A stretch of DNA of 64,000 bases, taken from NCBI GenBank assembly GCA_000708835.1, contig DF237122.1, positions 96,850-160,849 on the forward strand. The letters run 5' to 3'. How positions within the stretch are numbered: position 1 is the first letter of the stretch; each line of letters starts with the position of its first letter. A program made the position numbers and the translations under genes. Source of the DNA: Klebsormidium nitens (Eukaryota; Plantae; Klebsormidiophyceae). The notes under the pieces were generated by a model that worked only from the letters and a program-made list of their open reading frames with translations, ran no database searches and was not told the origin of the DNA. Of the stretch, positions 12,461 to 30,580 are shown piece after piece.

Positions 12461-13369
12461 CCTGAAAACAGCTCAGGAACGCTAGAAGGAGACTGCCAAC
12501 TGCTGAAGATGTCTACAGACTACAGTGCAGCACCCTGAAAATTGGAATAGCTCCTGTACTACCTATGATAGCTATTAGCAGGGAGCCCGGCCGGGGCCAG
12601 CGCTATAACAAGGTGGCAACCCGCACGCCAGTATTAGCAGCCCCTCTCTAGATCCCTCGACTCTAGCATTTTCAACCGTTATCGGCAACTGTCTAAAAAG
12701 CCGGTAAGAAGCGGTGCTGGCACCAGCAACCGGCGCGGCGGGCTAGACTGCCCGAGGGTCTTGGCCCAGGCTCGCCTTGGACCGGCGGCAGCCGCCGCCA
12801 CCATGGTAACGGTTTTCTCTCTACTCGACTGCGTGGATCGATTTGAAAGATACGCGCGCTTGAAATCTTGAACGCATTTGACGTTGACTTCTTTGACCAC
12901 CTTCGACGACATTCAAATTGCATGGACAACAGTGGATTTCGAGCAGTCAACGCTGTCAAGTTTCGGACTTTCGTTATCGAAGACTGCGTTGAATGAAACT
13001 CGAAAGTGCAAGGCAATCCCGCAACGGAAATATCTTTGCTCGAGCAGGGCCGGAGCAGCCTGTCAACAGTGAAGGCTCGGAAGTCGGATCCAGGATTGGA
13101 GCAGCTTGCGAGTCCTGAGCCAATTGGAGGCTACAGCAAGCTCACAACCTCAGCATTGCATTCATTTCCATTTCGTGGTTGCGGACAGAAAAGCTGTTTT
13201 GCAAAAGCTGCGCAGCGCACAAGTAACGAAGCTTGGGGCATTTCTTTGCACTTGCATTTTGCTAGGCCTTTGAAGCGTGCTCTGGCGTCATTGCATTGAG
13301 ATCTGGGAATCTTACAACTTCCTTCAATCCTACCTCCGAAGAGGAGGAGGTACTGCAACTACTACGAGA

Positions 13370-19330
<5,961 letters not shown>

Positions 19331-21017
19331 GAACATTTGCGTCACTGAGGCTTTCCATAGGTACCGCTGGGACTGTCAGGACATTGTAGGTGACTGGTCT
19401 TGCGTGCGTTTTGTAAGATGAGGACGAGGTTCGAGCGCCATTTCAGCTTAAACGAATTACTTGGGGCGTCATTGTTGACATTGCAGCGCGGTGTCTGGCC
19501 AGAGTCTGTAATTTAGGCTTCAGGAGAGCAGGTTGTGAACTTACCATTTCTTGGGCAGAATGGAGCGGCCGATCTGCCTTATGTTGACTGCTTACAAAGA
19601 AGGACGTACATGCAAGCGCTTTGACCTTATGCTGAAGATTCGAAAGCCGATCGGTTATCCTCTTGCAAGTTTTAGTTCCAGGCAACTTTCATTCGCCATG
19701 TTCACAGGGCACCAGTATCTTGGGCCTTCAAGATTCGGCTTGCAAGCTCTTGCTCAATCTTGTGTCACGTATCTAGCCTGTTGCATGTCGTCACAGCATG
19801 AGTACGTGTCGTGGCATGTACATGTCGTGGATCGATCTGCATATGCTCTTCAAATAATAATCTATGGGGATTGCGGTCGACCTTCACGTAGTGACCATAC
19901 AACAAAAGGCTGCACCGCAACAATTATCAACCATGGGACACGTCATCCCATGAAATTAAGCTGACGGTCGCCTATAGCAGGCGTGCTCTAGCCTGCATGA
20001 CGCACATGATTGATAGATGCAAGCTAGTTGTCACCAGAATACATGTGACATATGTTGCTGCGCATGCAGCCGCGCGCATATGACAGACTCGATCGAATGA
20101 TCTCATGCAGGTTGTGATTTATGTGTATATAGGCATGCAGCCATGACTGTATATGCATGCCAGCTTTCACACGAGCGGGCAAAATTCTCACGTACCACTA
20201 AAGGCGCAATATACTCACATCTAGCTTGCACTATTCATTGCGTTGTACGTGTGCTAGTACTCATAACAATTGTTACAACGAGATACGTACCACACATGGG
20301 CACGTGGGTACCATCGGCCATGATACCCACATTTCAGATGCATTTCCGGTCTTTCCAATCATGCAGCTTGAACATACAGCACAGTGCATGTATTCATCTG
20401 TACGTGCATGAGCGCGCGGCTCAAAGCAATATCAGACGCTCCGGTCATGTTCTGAAGACATGTGCGATTTCGCATTGTTACTCTGTGGCTAGTTCAAGCT
20501 TACCAGATTCAGTGATTGTAGGGTGCGCTTAGTAGTGTGCGTGAATCGACTTTTTACTTGAGGTCAACCTATCCATTGAGCCTGGCAGTCGATCCGGTCG
20601 CCGGACTCTGCGTTTTGCTTGCCACATGCTCGTCGAGGTACGATCAGGCTACACGGACCGCAGGCTAGAATCTGTGCAAAGAGGACTTGATGGTTCTATA
20701 ACAAGCCATCAGATATGCAAAATTTCATTCGATGGAGGAACCCGCATAACACCATCCCAGTACTCTTCTAGAGCAACTTGTGTTTGGCACGCTGAACCTC
20801 AGCTGTTGGTATAGACCAGACTTCATTTGACAGGCATTCACAATCACCACACAATTCGCTTGCGCGTCGAGCATTGTGATTGATTCGGCAAGTGTGACAG
20901 GTTCCAAACAAAAGACAAAAGACTGACTCGTTCCATTGTGCTGTTTGCACAGCTTGCTCAGGACTTCGAGCGGCAGTGTCAGTACTCTTCGAGAATTTCG
21001 GGACGAATTGGCATGCC

Positions 21018-21839
21018 TCATACAATGTCCTCCGCTCGAGCCACGGCTGCGTTGGCGTTCCCTGCCGGCGGCCTTTGCAACACTCCCCCAATCAACCGCA
21101 CCGGAGACGCGTTTTCAGTCACCGTCTCCACTTGGATCCAATCCAACTGGAAGGGGCTCGACCGTTTCAAACTTGCAACGAACGCTATCCCCAACCATAT
21201 GGTTCCTGTGAGCGCCCAGAAATCACTTATCCCCTGAAACAATCCCCAACCTATAAGGTAACCCACTATAATCCCCGCTAAATGTCCTACAAAGCTGGCC
21301 TGTGGAACTATGATTGACGTGAAGATGAGTGACTCGAACGGGGCGAAGCTGATTGGGAGGTTGAGAAGTCCTAAAAGATTCAGGTTTGATGACGGTTGCA
21401 AGCAGCTAAGAATGGTCATAAGACCAAACACGACGCAACTATAACCGACAGCTGTTACCCGCTTATACCGCTCCATCCGGAAGCGATGGGACAAGACATG
21501 GTACATTCCCAGAACGAGCGCGCCAGATAAGAACACCAGCAGAACTGTGTATTTCAGATACTGTCGCCACCCCAATTGCGCGTGCACTGGATTCTCGATG
21601 ATCCCCAGGCTCCAAAGGGCACTCATGTTGAACATCAGATGGATGAAACTTATGTGGGAAAAAGCTGCCGTGACAACCCTCCAGTACTGGCCAGACTCCA
21701 CCACCGCCTCGTAGCTTATGCCAACATCTGAATAGCCTATACCATGCTTCTGGATGTACAACCATACTGCTGTGCACAGGACAATGAGGCAGCTGGTTGC
21801 GGGCTTGTCTACCACCTCATAGAGGATTGGCCGTCCCAT
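21018..21839 (-). CDS. RBL13: Rhomboid-like intramembrane serine protease (plant RBL13-like), single coding exon, 273 aa
   Basis: It starts [16 protein letters not shown] and contains [28 protein letters not shown], the catalytic GYS ([11 protein letters not shown]) and His (FVGHLAG), with multiple hydrophobic segments. Confidence 0.9.
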   Translation of the reverse strand: MGRPILYEVVDKPATSCLIVLCTAVWLYIQKHGIGYSDVGISYEAVVESGQYWRVVTAAFSHISFIHLMFNMSALWSLGIIENPVHAQLGWRQYLKYTVLLVFLSGALVLGMYHVLSHRFRMERYKRVTAVGYSCVVFGLMTILSCLQPSSNLNLLGLLNLPISFAPFESLIFTSIIVPQASFVGHLAGIIVGYLIGWGLFQGISDFWALTGTIWLGIAFVASLKRSSPFQLDWIQVETVTENASPVRLIGGVLQRPPAGNANAAVARAEDIV

Positions 21840-23661
21840 CGTGTGGAACAAGCCGCCAGCGTAGATCAGCACCGCAATCCGGGGCCCTGCTGAAGCATCG
21901 GTAAGCACATTCTGCCTTGTCAAATCCAAGCTTCAACGTAGAAGCAGGAGATGCCTGCACAGTAAGTTCGAACTTTTGGCAGCCAGTTCGCTCGCTAGCG
22001 TCTTACTAATTCCCTACAATCCTTGCGACAAGGGCGTCGAACTCTGCCATTGAAGTATCAGACGCTCTATAAAGCCTGCCCTCGGCAGATATATTCGGGC
22101 CTAACTAAATGCCCTTCTGTAGGAAGGCAATCTAGGTGTATGTAGCGGATTGCAGCTTGCCCCCGGCGCTCCTCAACACACTGCTCTCTCGCTCTTGAGT
22201 CTCCTGACATTAGTCATCAAACGAGGGAATCCTTTCAAGTTTCACAACCACGACGGCTTTCTTTCTGCAGCGCCACCTTCTTAGGCAAAGTGGCGGTTCC
22301 CCAGACGACCAATTGCCGTCGCATGCCGTTCGGGTAACAACGAGGTGCCCTTGTAACGAGCTCGTGCAATTCGTATCAAAAGGGAACCGGCATTAGAACC
22401 GCCATGAAGCAGGCAGTGTGAACAGCCCTGGCAGATTAGGGTTTGCCAGCGCTGCTGAGCTTCATGAGCTCATGCAAGCGATGGCGTAAAGGTATGGTGT
22501 ATGGTGTGAGTAACCAAGCTTTGCAAAACGCAACTGCAGAGGGTTTGCTGATGACACCATGACGGTTTGTCTGTTACCATGGCCAGTGCAAAAGTCAGTC
22601 ACTCCCTTGAACAGCTCCTACTTTGCAGAAATGCACTGATCAATGATCATAAAGTGGTCAGTTCTACAGAGCTTCAAGTTGCATCAGCAGTGCTGGCAGC
22701 TGTGGCTCAGTGATGCAAGGATCCGTTCTTCCATGTCCCAAACATCAGTCCTTCCTTTTTTGGACATCAGAATCGATGTGTTCCCTCTAGCTGTAGACGG
22801 GCAACAGCTGGGCCTGAGTAGAGCAGGTGGCGTTGAGCTCGTTTGAGCCCTCGGTGGACATCCAGAGCTGAGCTCTCCTGCCCTCCGGGCTTGTTTCTGT
22901 TAAGGTTGAACCAAGATGAATCACAAGCAGGCGGGGAGCAGTTTTCAGGAACTTGTCCGGAAAATTGGAATTCATGCAGAAATGTAGGACACCTGGATCT
23001 ACTTTGGAGTGCTCATGTCCAATCTGAGCACTTACTGGCTTAGTTTTGGTTAGCTACAAACCTTGAGCTCATTGGTTTTTGATTTATGCTTGTCTGCTGA
23101 CGAAGCAAGTTTCCTGACTTCTCTCAAAGCTAGGCTGCAAAGGAACCACATAATGAACTCACAAAACATGGTGTGAGGATGCAAAGATGGCTTGCTGAGA
23201 ATATTCGCAACAACAGGTGAGGGTTCAATCCTGATGGACTTATCACGAGAGCTCTTTTTGATGTACACGTGGAGCTCAGGTCGTTCAATCTGGCACTGCA
23301 ACTGTTGGTAATTGGACAAAAACACCTGACTTGTTTCAGGCGGTGAGCACAAGACTTCTCCAAAATCCATATGGAGGTGGAATTAGCTTTTCTTGGTTGC
23401 CTTTTGGGCCACCAATCAGCAAAGCTAAGATCTGTATTGAATTAACTCGTCTGTTCATGTGAGCAAGAACGTATTACCACTTGCCTTCTATCATAGGGCG
23501 GAGTGTTCCATGATGCTTATTGCGAGAACTTGACAAAAATTAGTCCAAGATTGCAGAAAAGCTGGAGTGAGCCAAAGTGTACAATTTGATATGACCACCG
23601 AAAATTTTCTCGTGTTGCCTACAGTGACAGCAGGGAAGCGGGGAGTATAAGGGCTGTCAAG

Positions 23662-26600
23662 ATGCTGACATCATTTGCCGCTGGCAAGGGCCTTGTGCTG
23701 CTCACGTTTGCCATGCTTGGCTGGTACATCAGCATGGCTGTGGGCAGTCCAACCATGAGACAAGGCCTTTTCAGAAGTGAGCACACAATCCGGACGTGTA
23801 CCAGTATCAATAATCTGAAAGCAGTGACTATCTTGAGCTCAAGAGCATCTTCCTGGCTGCTTCTTAAATCTGTGTCTTGGTTCTAGCGGCTTCGGAGGCT
23901 GCCCGGTGCCTTCCGCTCTTTTGTAAACGTTGGTAAAGTTGTCATCATCTGAGGCAATTTTTTGGCCTAAAAATGGTCACATCAGTGCTCAGCATGGCCT
24001 GTTCGACATCGTTCTTTCGAAGCCAACACTATCTTCCCCAGCTTGCTCATACCAAAACTTGTTCTCTATTGGTGCAGGACACTTACCCGTCCAAGTCATG
24101 TCGCCTGATGCTTACATCAGCAGTGACGTCACGGCCCAGAAGGCCGAAGACGGTCTTGGGATCTTTCACAGCACGAATCGGAATGAAGACGGCATCATAG
24201 ATAAGGGCACAGGTTACAAAGGGGAGTTCGCAACAGTCAGCCAGGATGGAAAACCGGCTACAGCAACAAGGCACGCCAGCAAGGTTGCGCGGGTAGCCGT
24301 CCCCCTTCACACGTTCACAATGCCGAGCTCGACGAACAAGTCACAGCAGTCTCGAAACAAAACGCATTTAAGGTCAGAAAGAGTTCACCGTGGGCCTGCC
24401 ACGTGCCCCCCCCTCAAAACCGGAGCGAATCTGCCCCGCCGAATCTATCCTCGTCGGGACCGGGGGAACTGTTCGTGCACCCCGGTGGCGCCGTTCATTC
24501 TGCTGTCGATGCAGCGGTCGGGGAGCGGGTGGCTGGAGACACTGCTCAACAGCCACCCGAACGTGCAGAGTCACGGCGAGCTGTTCCAAGTGAGGAAGAG
24601 GGGGGATGGGTGGCGGGAGATGCAGGCGGCGTTGGAAGAAGTGTTTGAGTTTGGGAGAGTGTCCGAGGAGCAGGAATGCCTCTCGGCTGTGGGGCTCAAG
24701 TGGATGTTGAATCAGGTGAGACATACAGGGCTGAGCGCCTTGCGAAGACACCGAATGGCATTGCAATACGGTTAGCGCGAGTGGTTGTAAGAAGGCGCTG
24801 CGGTCTCTAGCGCGTTTTCTTCATTTGTGCCGGACTGACAGGTTGAGTCTAATTGAGCCCTGGTCGCCACGAGCTTGGATCACGAACGAGGCAGTGCATG
24901 AAGAAAGCACTATGATAAGGAGGCTCGCATGGAAGTCGGTTCTCCTTCGATGCACGTTTGTCAAAGACCGGTCCTTCTTCCCGTTGAGCACACAATCCCT
25001 TGAAAATAAATGAGTGATTCCATCTTGTAAGCTCCCTGTGACGCCCAGAACACGTCATTGCTGTAATTATTGAGTCGAGCTGCCCGACTTCGCACCAGAG
25101 TTCGAAGTAAAAGCACGGATACGAATCGAGCTGATTCAGGAGAGGTGAGAACGTCCGGCAAGGCTGATGTCGAGGCTCCTTGTCGTTACAGCACCAAAAG
25201 CAGATTCCGCTTGCACGGCGCGAAAGTCTCACATCCACGGAACGTAACGCACAGCCTGACACCTGTTTCACCGTTACAGGGCGCCCTTCAGTACCGGCGC
25301 GAGCTGGTCGAGTACGTGCGCGCGCGGGGCGTGTCCGTGGTGCTGCTGGTGCGGCGGAACAGCCTGCGGCGGCTCATCTCCGTGCTGGCCAACATTTACG
25401 ACCAGGGGAAGAAGCTGGTGGACGGGAAGAAGCACCGGAGCCACGTGCACTCCGCGGAGGAGGTGGGCTTTCCAGCGCTTGTCCTGAACTGCCCTGTCTA
25501 GTTACCTGCACGATCTTGTCGAGCTAGTTCAAATGGGTCACGTTGAAACCGCCCAGCTGGGAAAATCTTCGGCCGCTGGAACTGGTTACAAGCGTCCTTT
25601 TCTCCAAGCACGAAACAAGAAACTGGAATAACCAATCCGACGTCCCAGTCGGTCACGTTTTTGCTCCTGGCGCACTTTCAGTCGGTTGAGGAGGGGGAAA
25701 GAGATTGATATTTTGTGCTGACGCCACAGCTTGCGATGCGTTCGAGGCGGCACCTCGCACTAGAAACATTGCAATCCAACAGGAAGAATGAGAGCGAGAC
25801 TGCCTGTGCTGACGTCACAGCTCGTCACGTGTCCACGATTGCCAAGCCGGCGCATTTTGAGTCATAATATAGTCCGCCACCTTGAAGAAAGAAACGGACG
25901 ATCCGTTCGCTGACGTCACAGCTCGACAGGGTCCGCGATCGGCCAAGCTGGCGCACTTCGCGTCAAAACGTCGGAAGAACGATCCGTTCGCTGACGTCTT
26001 GCCACGTGTCCGCAGGCGGCCAAGCTGGCGCACTTCCGGCCGCGGCTCAACCCCGGCACGCTGCTCCCGCACCTGCGCCACGTGCAGCGGACGACGGACG
26101 CCGCCGTCGATTTGCTCGCGGACACGCGGCACCTGGTGCTCCACTACGAAGACCTGGTGGCGGACTCGAGGGTACGGTTCCGGTCGTTCCGTTTCCGTTC
26201 GCCGTGAATGCGTCGTTCCGCCGCTGTTTGCGGTCTGCCGAAGTGTATGGCGCTCCTGTGAAGCGTTGTTGTGACGAATGGGAGGGTGCGGTTTCGTTAT
26301 ACAAGTATTTTCCGTCGGGACTCACTTGGCAACAGATAATGCATTGCGCCGGCTTGGGAAGGAGCCTTGATCGGATACTTCTTTCAATGGTAGCGTGCAA
26401 TAATGCCTTGATTCCGTCACCAACTCTTACGGTTACGGTCCAGGGATATCTAACTGACCTCAAAACATGGCAGCGCCTTTTCTTGTTGCCAGAAGCAGTC
26501 CTTGCAAAGTTACTGACGCCACCTTGCCGGAAATTGCAGGTCGTCGACCGCTTACAGGCCTTCCTCGGGTTGCCCCCCCGGTTGCTGAGGAGCAAGCAGG

Positions 26601-26698
26601 TGCAGATTCACCGAGAGGGCCTCGAGCAGCACATCGCAAACTGGGACGAGGTCAAGAGTATCTTGACCGGCACAGAGTTCGAGCACATGCTGCAATGA
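23662..26698 (+). CDS. NodH-like / P-loop sulfotransferase-domain protein, type II membrane (exons 23662-23776, 24078-24715, 25280-25462, 26016-26171, 26540-26698)
   Basis: An N-terminal hydrophobic anchor (GLVLLTFAMLGWYISMAV) precedes the PAPS-binding-like FILLSMQRSGSGWLETLLNSHPNVQSHGELF. It also contains SAVGLKWMLNQ, RRNSLRRLISVLAN, LHYEDLV and HIANWDEV. The GT-AG junctions join in frame. Confidence 0.85.
25639..26040 (+). repeat. Degenerate tandem array (about 80-100 bp units, about 5 copies) derived from the intron 3 / exon 4 junction of the sulfotransferase gene
   Basis: gacg(t/c)c-anchored units start at 25639, 25720, 25811, 25912 and 25993. Most carry a copy of the exon start (ggccaagctggcgcacttc or decayed forms). 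Confidence 0.85.
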
Positions 26699-28706
26699 GA
26701 GGCAGGCGGAAGTTCGGTTCTGCGGTCGACATCTTTTGAACGTACCGCTGAATCGCGTGTTGTAAAGTAGAAAGCGGGGGATTGCCGGGTCAAACGGTGT
26801 GCAGGAAAGGTTGAATCATTCACCGCCACTCACTGCTTGGGATGTTGAAGTCCCGGCTCAGAAATGCGGGAACGGCATGCGGTGTTTGCGTCCGAGGACG
26901 CGATTCTTTCATGATAGCGTGTACGAAGCAACTCGATAATTGACCGGACGTTAGGACGTAAGTAGATGCATTCCACTTAAGATAAGGCAGAGCATTGGAA
27001 TTCGATGCTCTGCTTAGTGGTACCGTTCAAAAGTCTCAGTTGCACCATCTCCTGCCAAATGCCTTTCATCACCTCTGACGCTTGTGACCTTGTGTATCAA
27101 CAGCCGCGCTGCACGCGAATCTATCGGGAATGCGCTTTTCAGGTCATCATGCATTTTGCATGTATAGCTGTACGGCCTCTGTTGAGACGTCTGCAAAAAT
27201 AGATTAAGTAAGGCAACATGCAATTGATGGGGCGCTTGCGCAGCTCAGGCAAGCCTATGGAGGGGGCCGGCCATGTGCGAAAATGCAACGGCTTGCAGCT
27301 ATATGATGTACGAGGGAACATTCGAGGACATTGCTTTTGTATTTTCTCTTCATGAAGAACATATATGACCTAATGAGGTCACATGAAAGCCATGCAATTG
27401 TCGGATGCAATTTTCGATGGAAGCAAGGCAAAAGCGTGGATCCAAACTTTTTCAATCCGTTGGACTTCCATTCGATCGAATCAGTGAAAAAGCCTCGACT
27501 CAACAAGAGCTTGAGTAGCGATAAGGAAGTGCGACTTCGAAGACTCGCAAAATTCTCTTGCGCGTACTGTCGAATCGTGCAGCAGGTTTTTTCCACAGTC
27601 TTACAGACGCAATTTAGACGGACGGTCTGGATTATTCGTCAGCTCACGGGAGAATCGATTATGCATGACCTCCTGATTGGCAGATGTCCCGGTCGGACCC
27701 TTGTTGGCGGTTGCGGTTTTCTTCGGAGCCTGAGGCTTGCATGTTATATGATCTGGGTTCACGTAACTGTATCTTGATCGGCTCTTTCACAAATCTGGAC
27801 AAACGAACCCAGTTCAGTGCATCGGATTGGTCGGGAGACACCCCCGAGGACGCGACTGGATGCAGACTCGGCTATGTCAACACTCCGCGCCTCACAACGT
27901 CGGCCCGGCTTTTTTGATAACCCTCGATATGTCACTCTCAAGCTACTACTGTGAGACTTCGACTCGAATTCCGCGGGAAGCTCCTGCATGACAAGAAGTC
28001 GTTTGCGCGGGGACTTTATTTGGAAAGGCAGACTTTGAGAATGCCAAGGCAATAATCTTACTTAGTGCTTTCCGGTTTCAAGATGAATTCAAACTTCGAG
28101 AGAAAGCGCGCGGAGGCAACATAGCAAGTCTGTCTGAAATTCAGGACTCAAGAGGCAGAGAGTCTACAGTAGTATCATCTGATTACCCTACGTCAATTCC
28201 AAGAATGCGCATGCATCTGGTGCCAGTAGAAAAGAAGCTACAGTTATCATATAGCCGCAGTGAGCCGCAGCTCAGAGCTTCTTTTCTTTTCCAACTTTCG
28301 CGTCATAGTGTTCCTTCTTTGGCGCAAAGATCAAGGTTGTCGGGAGCCATGCACAGTTATTGGTGAATCATATCAGTTAAGTAATGTTCAGCGCTGAAGA
28401 TCTGGGTGGGTGTCCCAATTTCTGGAGGGCGCTCCGACTACTGCTCGGAACAAACCGACAAGTGACTCGTTGCGGCCAAAAGTTGTGGAAAGGCCACGGA
28501 GGTGTCTCTCTGCATTGCAGCTCAGATAGAGGGCCTGGCTCGTATCAGGACAACGATGAAGCCTTCCGTAGTCTCTTTCGCGAAATGGTTGGGCTTCCTG
28601 ATCCTCAAGCACCTGAAAGCTAAGGCTTATTGAGCGCCTTCTCTGGCATACCTCTTTGCGAACACCCTTCTCTGCCAGCTCTGATCAAGGAAGCCATCCT
28701 TTCAAG

Positions 28707-30580
28707 ATGGAAGTACCTGCAGGACTCGAGCAAAGTGAACTGCAGCAATGTTCAACGCTCGAGACATGCTTCGTGGACATCCCTAACTTTTTAGATACAA
28801 ATTCTGACCAGTGCACTGAGAGAATAGGAGGAGATACTGACTGCTCAGAAGGACCTGCTGGTTACAGCCAGTCTTGTGAAGCAACCAATACCTTCGACGT
28901 GAGCAACTTCCTGGAGCTAGACTTTGCGTTCGAGAAACCAATTGGCTCAGCGCTGGAGAGGCGAAGCTCGGGGCAATCAAAGACTGGAAAGGAAGACAGA
29001 AGCATGGTCAACCTGCTCGGGGTTTCGTCTAGTCAGGAATGTCGTGCTTGCGTGCCGAATCGTCTGAGCGAAGAATCCACGCAGTCAGTTGGTGGCATGC
29101 AAACGCCTTTTAAGCTTGGCTACTACAAATCAGAAGCAGACCTCTTTCCGGACTTTGCTAAGAAGAAGGAGGCGATGCTCTTCGTTCCATTAACAGGGAG
29201 CTCAGCTGATCGCAGCGGGAAGCGGAAGCATATTGCAGTCGATCGTGAGATGCCTACCATTACTGAGCTGGGTCAGGAACAAGATTTCAATGCCCTCGCA
29301 CCAGCAGCAATCAAGAAACTCAGAGTTGACATGGGAGTGGATACCAGCGAAGACAAGCACGGAAGCACAACTGACTCACCTCGAGCAGCACGGTCGAAGC
29401 GCAGGAAGAAGTCCACAGAATCCATCGACCATTCGGCAGATGTGAAGTCTGAGTTGAGGAAAAGGGAGGCCGATAGTGTGATCAATCTTGGCACGCCGGA
29501 TTCTGTCGTCTCAGACCTTCCCATCATTGGAATAAAAAGAAAAGCGCAAGCACGTGAGGAGGATGGAGGGGGAAGGGAAGAAGCTCAGACCGATGGGATT
29601 GTGCTGATGCCTAGCTCTCCAAACCTGCCCCGAAGGAAGGCTTCCCGTGTGCTGAAGCTTACCGCGTCTGCGAAGAAAACGGCAAATAAGCTCTCTTTGG
29701 AGAAGGAACCAGAAGCAGAGATCTACTCCAGAAAGAGAGCATCAGCTAGGCTGGTTTCAGAGGGGCTTGAAACAGCTGAGGCAGTAACGCAGGATCGCAG
29801 GGTTGGAAAGGCGGCAAAGCGACCCGTAAGTGCTCTCGTACATCTCTTTGATTGTGTTTGTGTTTGTTTGTTTTGAGGTTCTAAGACGTGCTAGAGAAGG
29901 TCCTCCTAAATTAGCTACATGAGATCAAGCTCTGCAGAACGCGTTATCTTGCACCAACTTTTGATCATCTGCATGAAACCTGCCTCTTTACAGAGCTGGT
30001 AATGACAGCAGAAGTGGCGCCGAGAACAGTGCGGAGCGTTTCGACAACTATGGCTGCTGTTACTTATGTTCCTTGCCTGCGTGCCTTCTGAACTGCTCGT
30101 TTGACGTTCATGAAGCTTCCGAAGAAGAGCGTACAGATCCTGACCGACTGGACCCAGAGCGAGAACGTCGTCCCATACCCTGACAAGAATACCAGGCACC
30201 AACTGGCAGTCGCCGCTGGGCTCTCGTTTCAACAGGTGCGTTTCAAAGCGGGACTCTTCATCACAAACCAGAGAGACTGAACACGTTTCAATATGCTAGA
30301 CAATCGCGAATTGAATGGAGATTTGCCAATGACCACATAACAGTGCACAAAGTTGACGTTCCGTTCAAATCCAGAATCCCTTGCGGATAGGAACAGGGCC
30401 TCAGGATCATCGCGTGCGACTGTGCTCCTACCTGTGACCTGTTAACTGATGACGTGGCTGTGGCTGATGTCATGTCAGGTTAACAGCTGGCTTGCTGCCG
30501 CACGGACCAAGACGGGTCTCATCGAAGTGCCAGCACACCTAAAGAGGGGAAGGAAGGCGGTGCGGGGGAGTGCCGGCTGA
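28707..30580 (+). CDS. TALE-class homeodomain protein with a long low-complexity N-terminal region (exons about 28707-29825, 30116-30235, 30479-30580; 5' end uncertain)
   Basis: The spliced C-terminus reads KRP|LPKKSVQILTDWTQSENVVPYPDKNTRHQLAVAAGLSFQQ|VNSWLAAARTK. Spacing matches KNOX/BELL homeodomains, including the three-residue extension before PYP. An intron falls between Q and V of helix 3. Confidence 0.75.

Noticed and set aside
21018-21839. Intronless rhomboid as a possible retrocopy
   Set aside because: The ORF and catalytic residues are intact and no polyA tract or target-site duplication is visible. As I recall, land-plant orthologs are also intron-poor.
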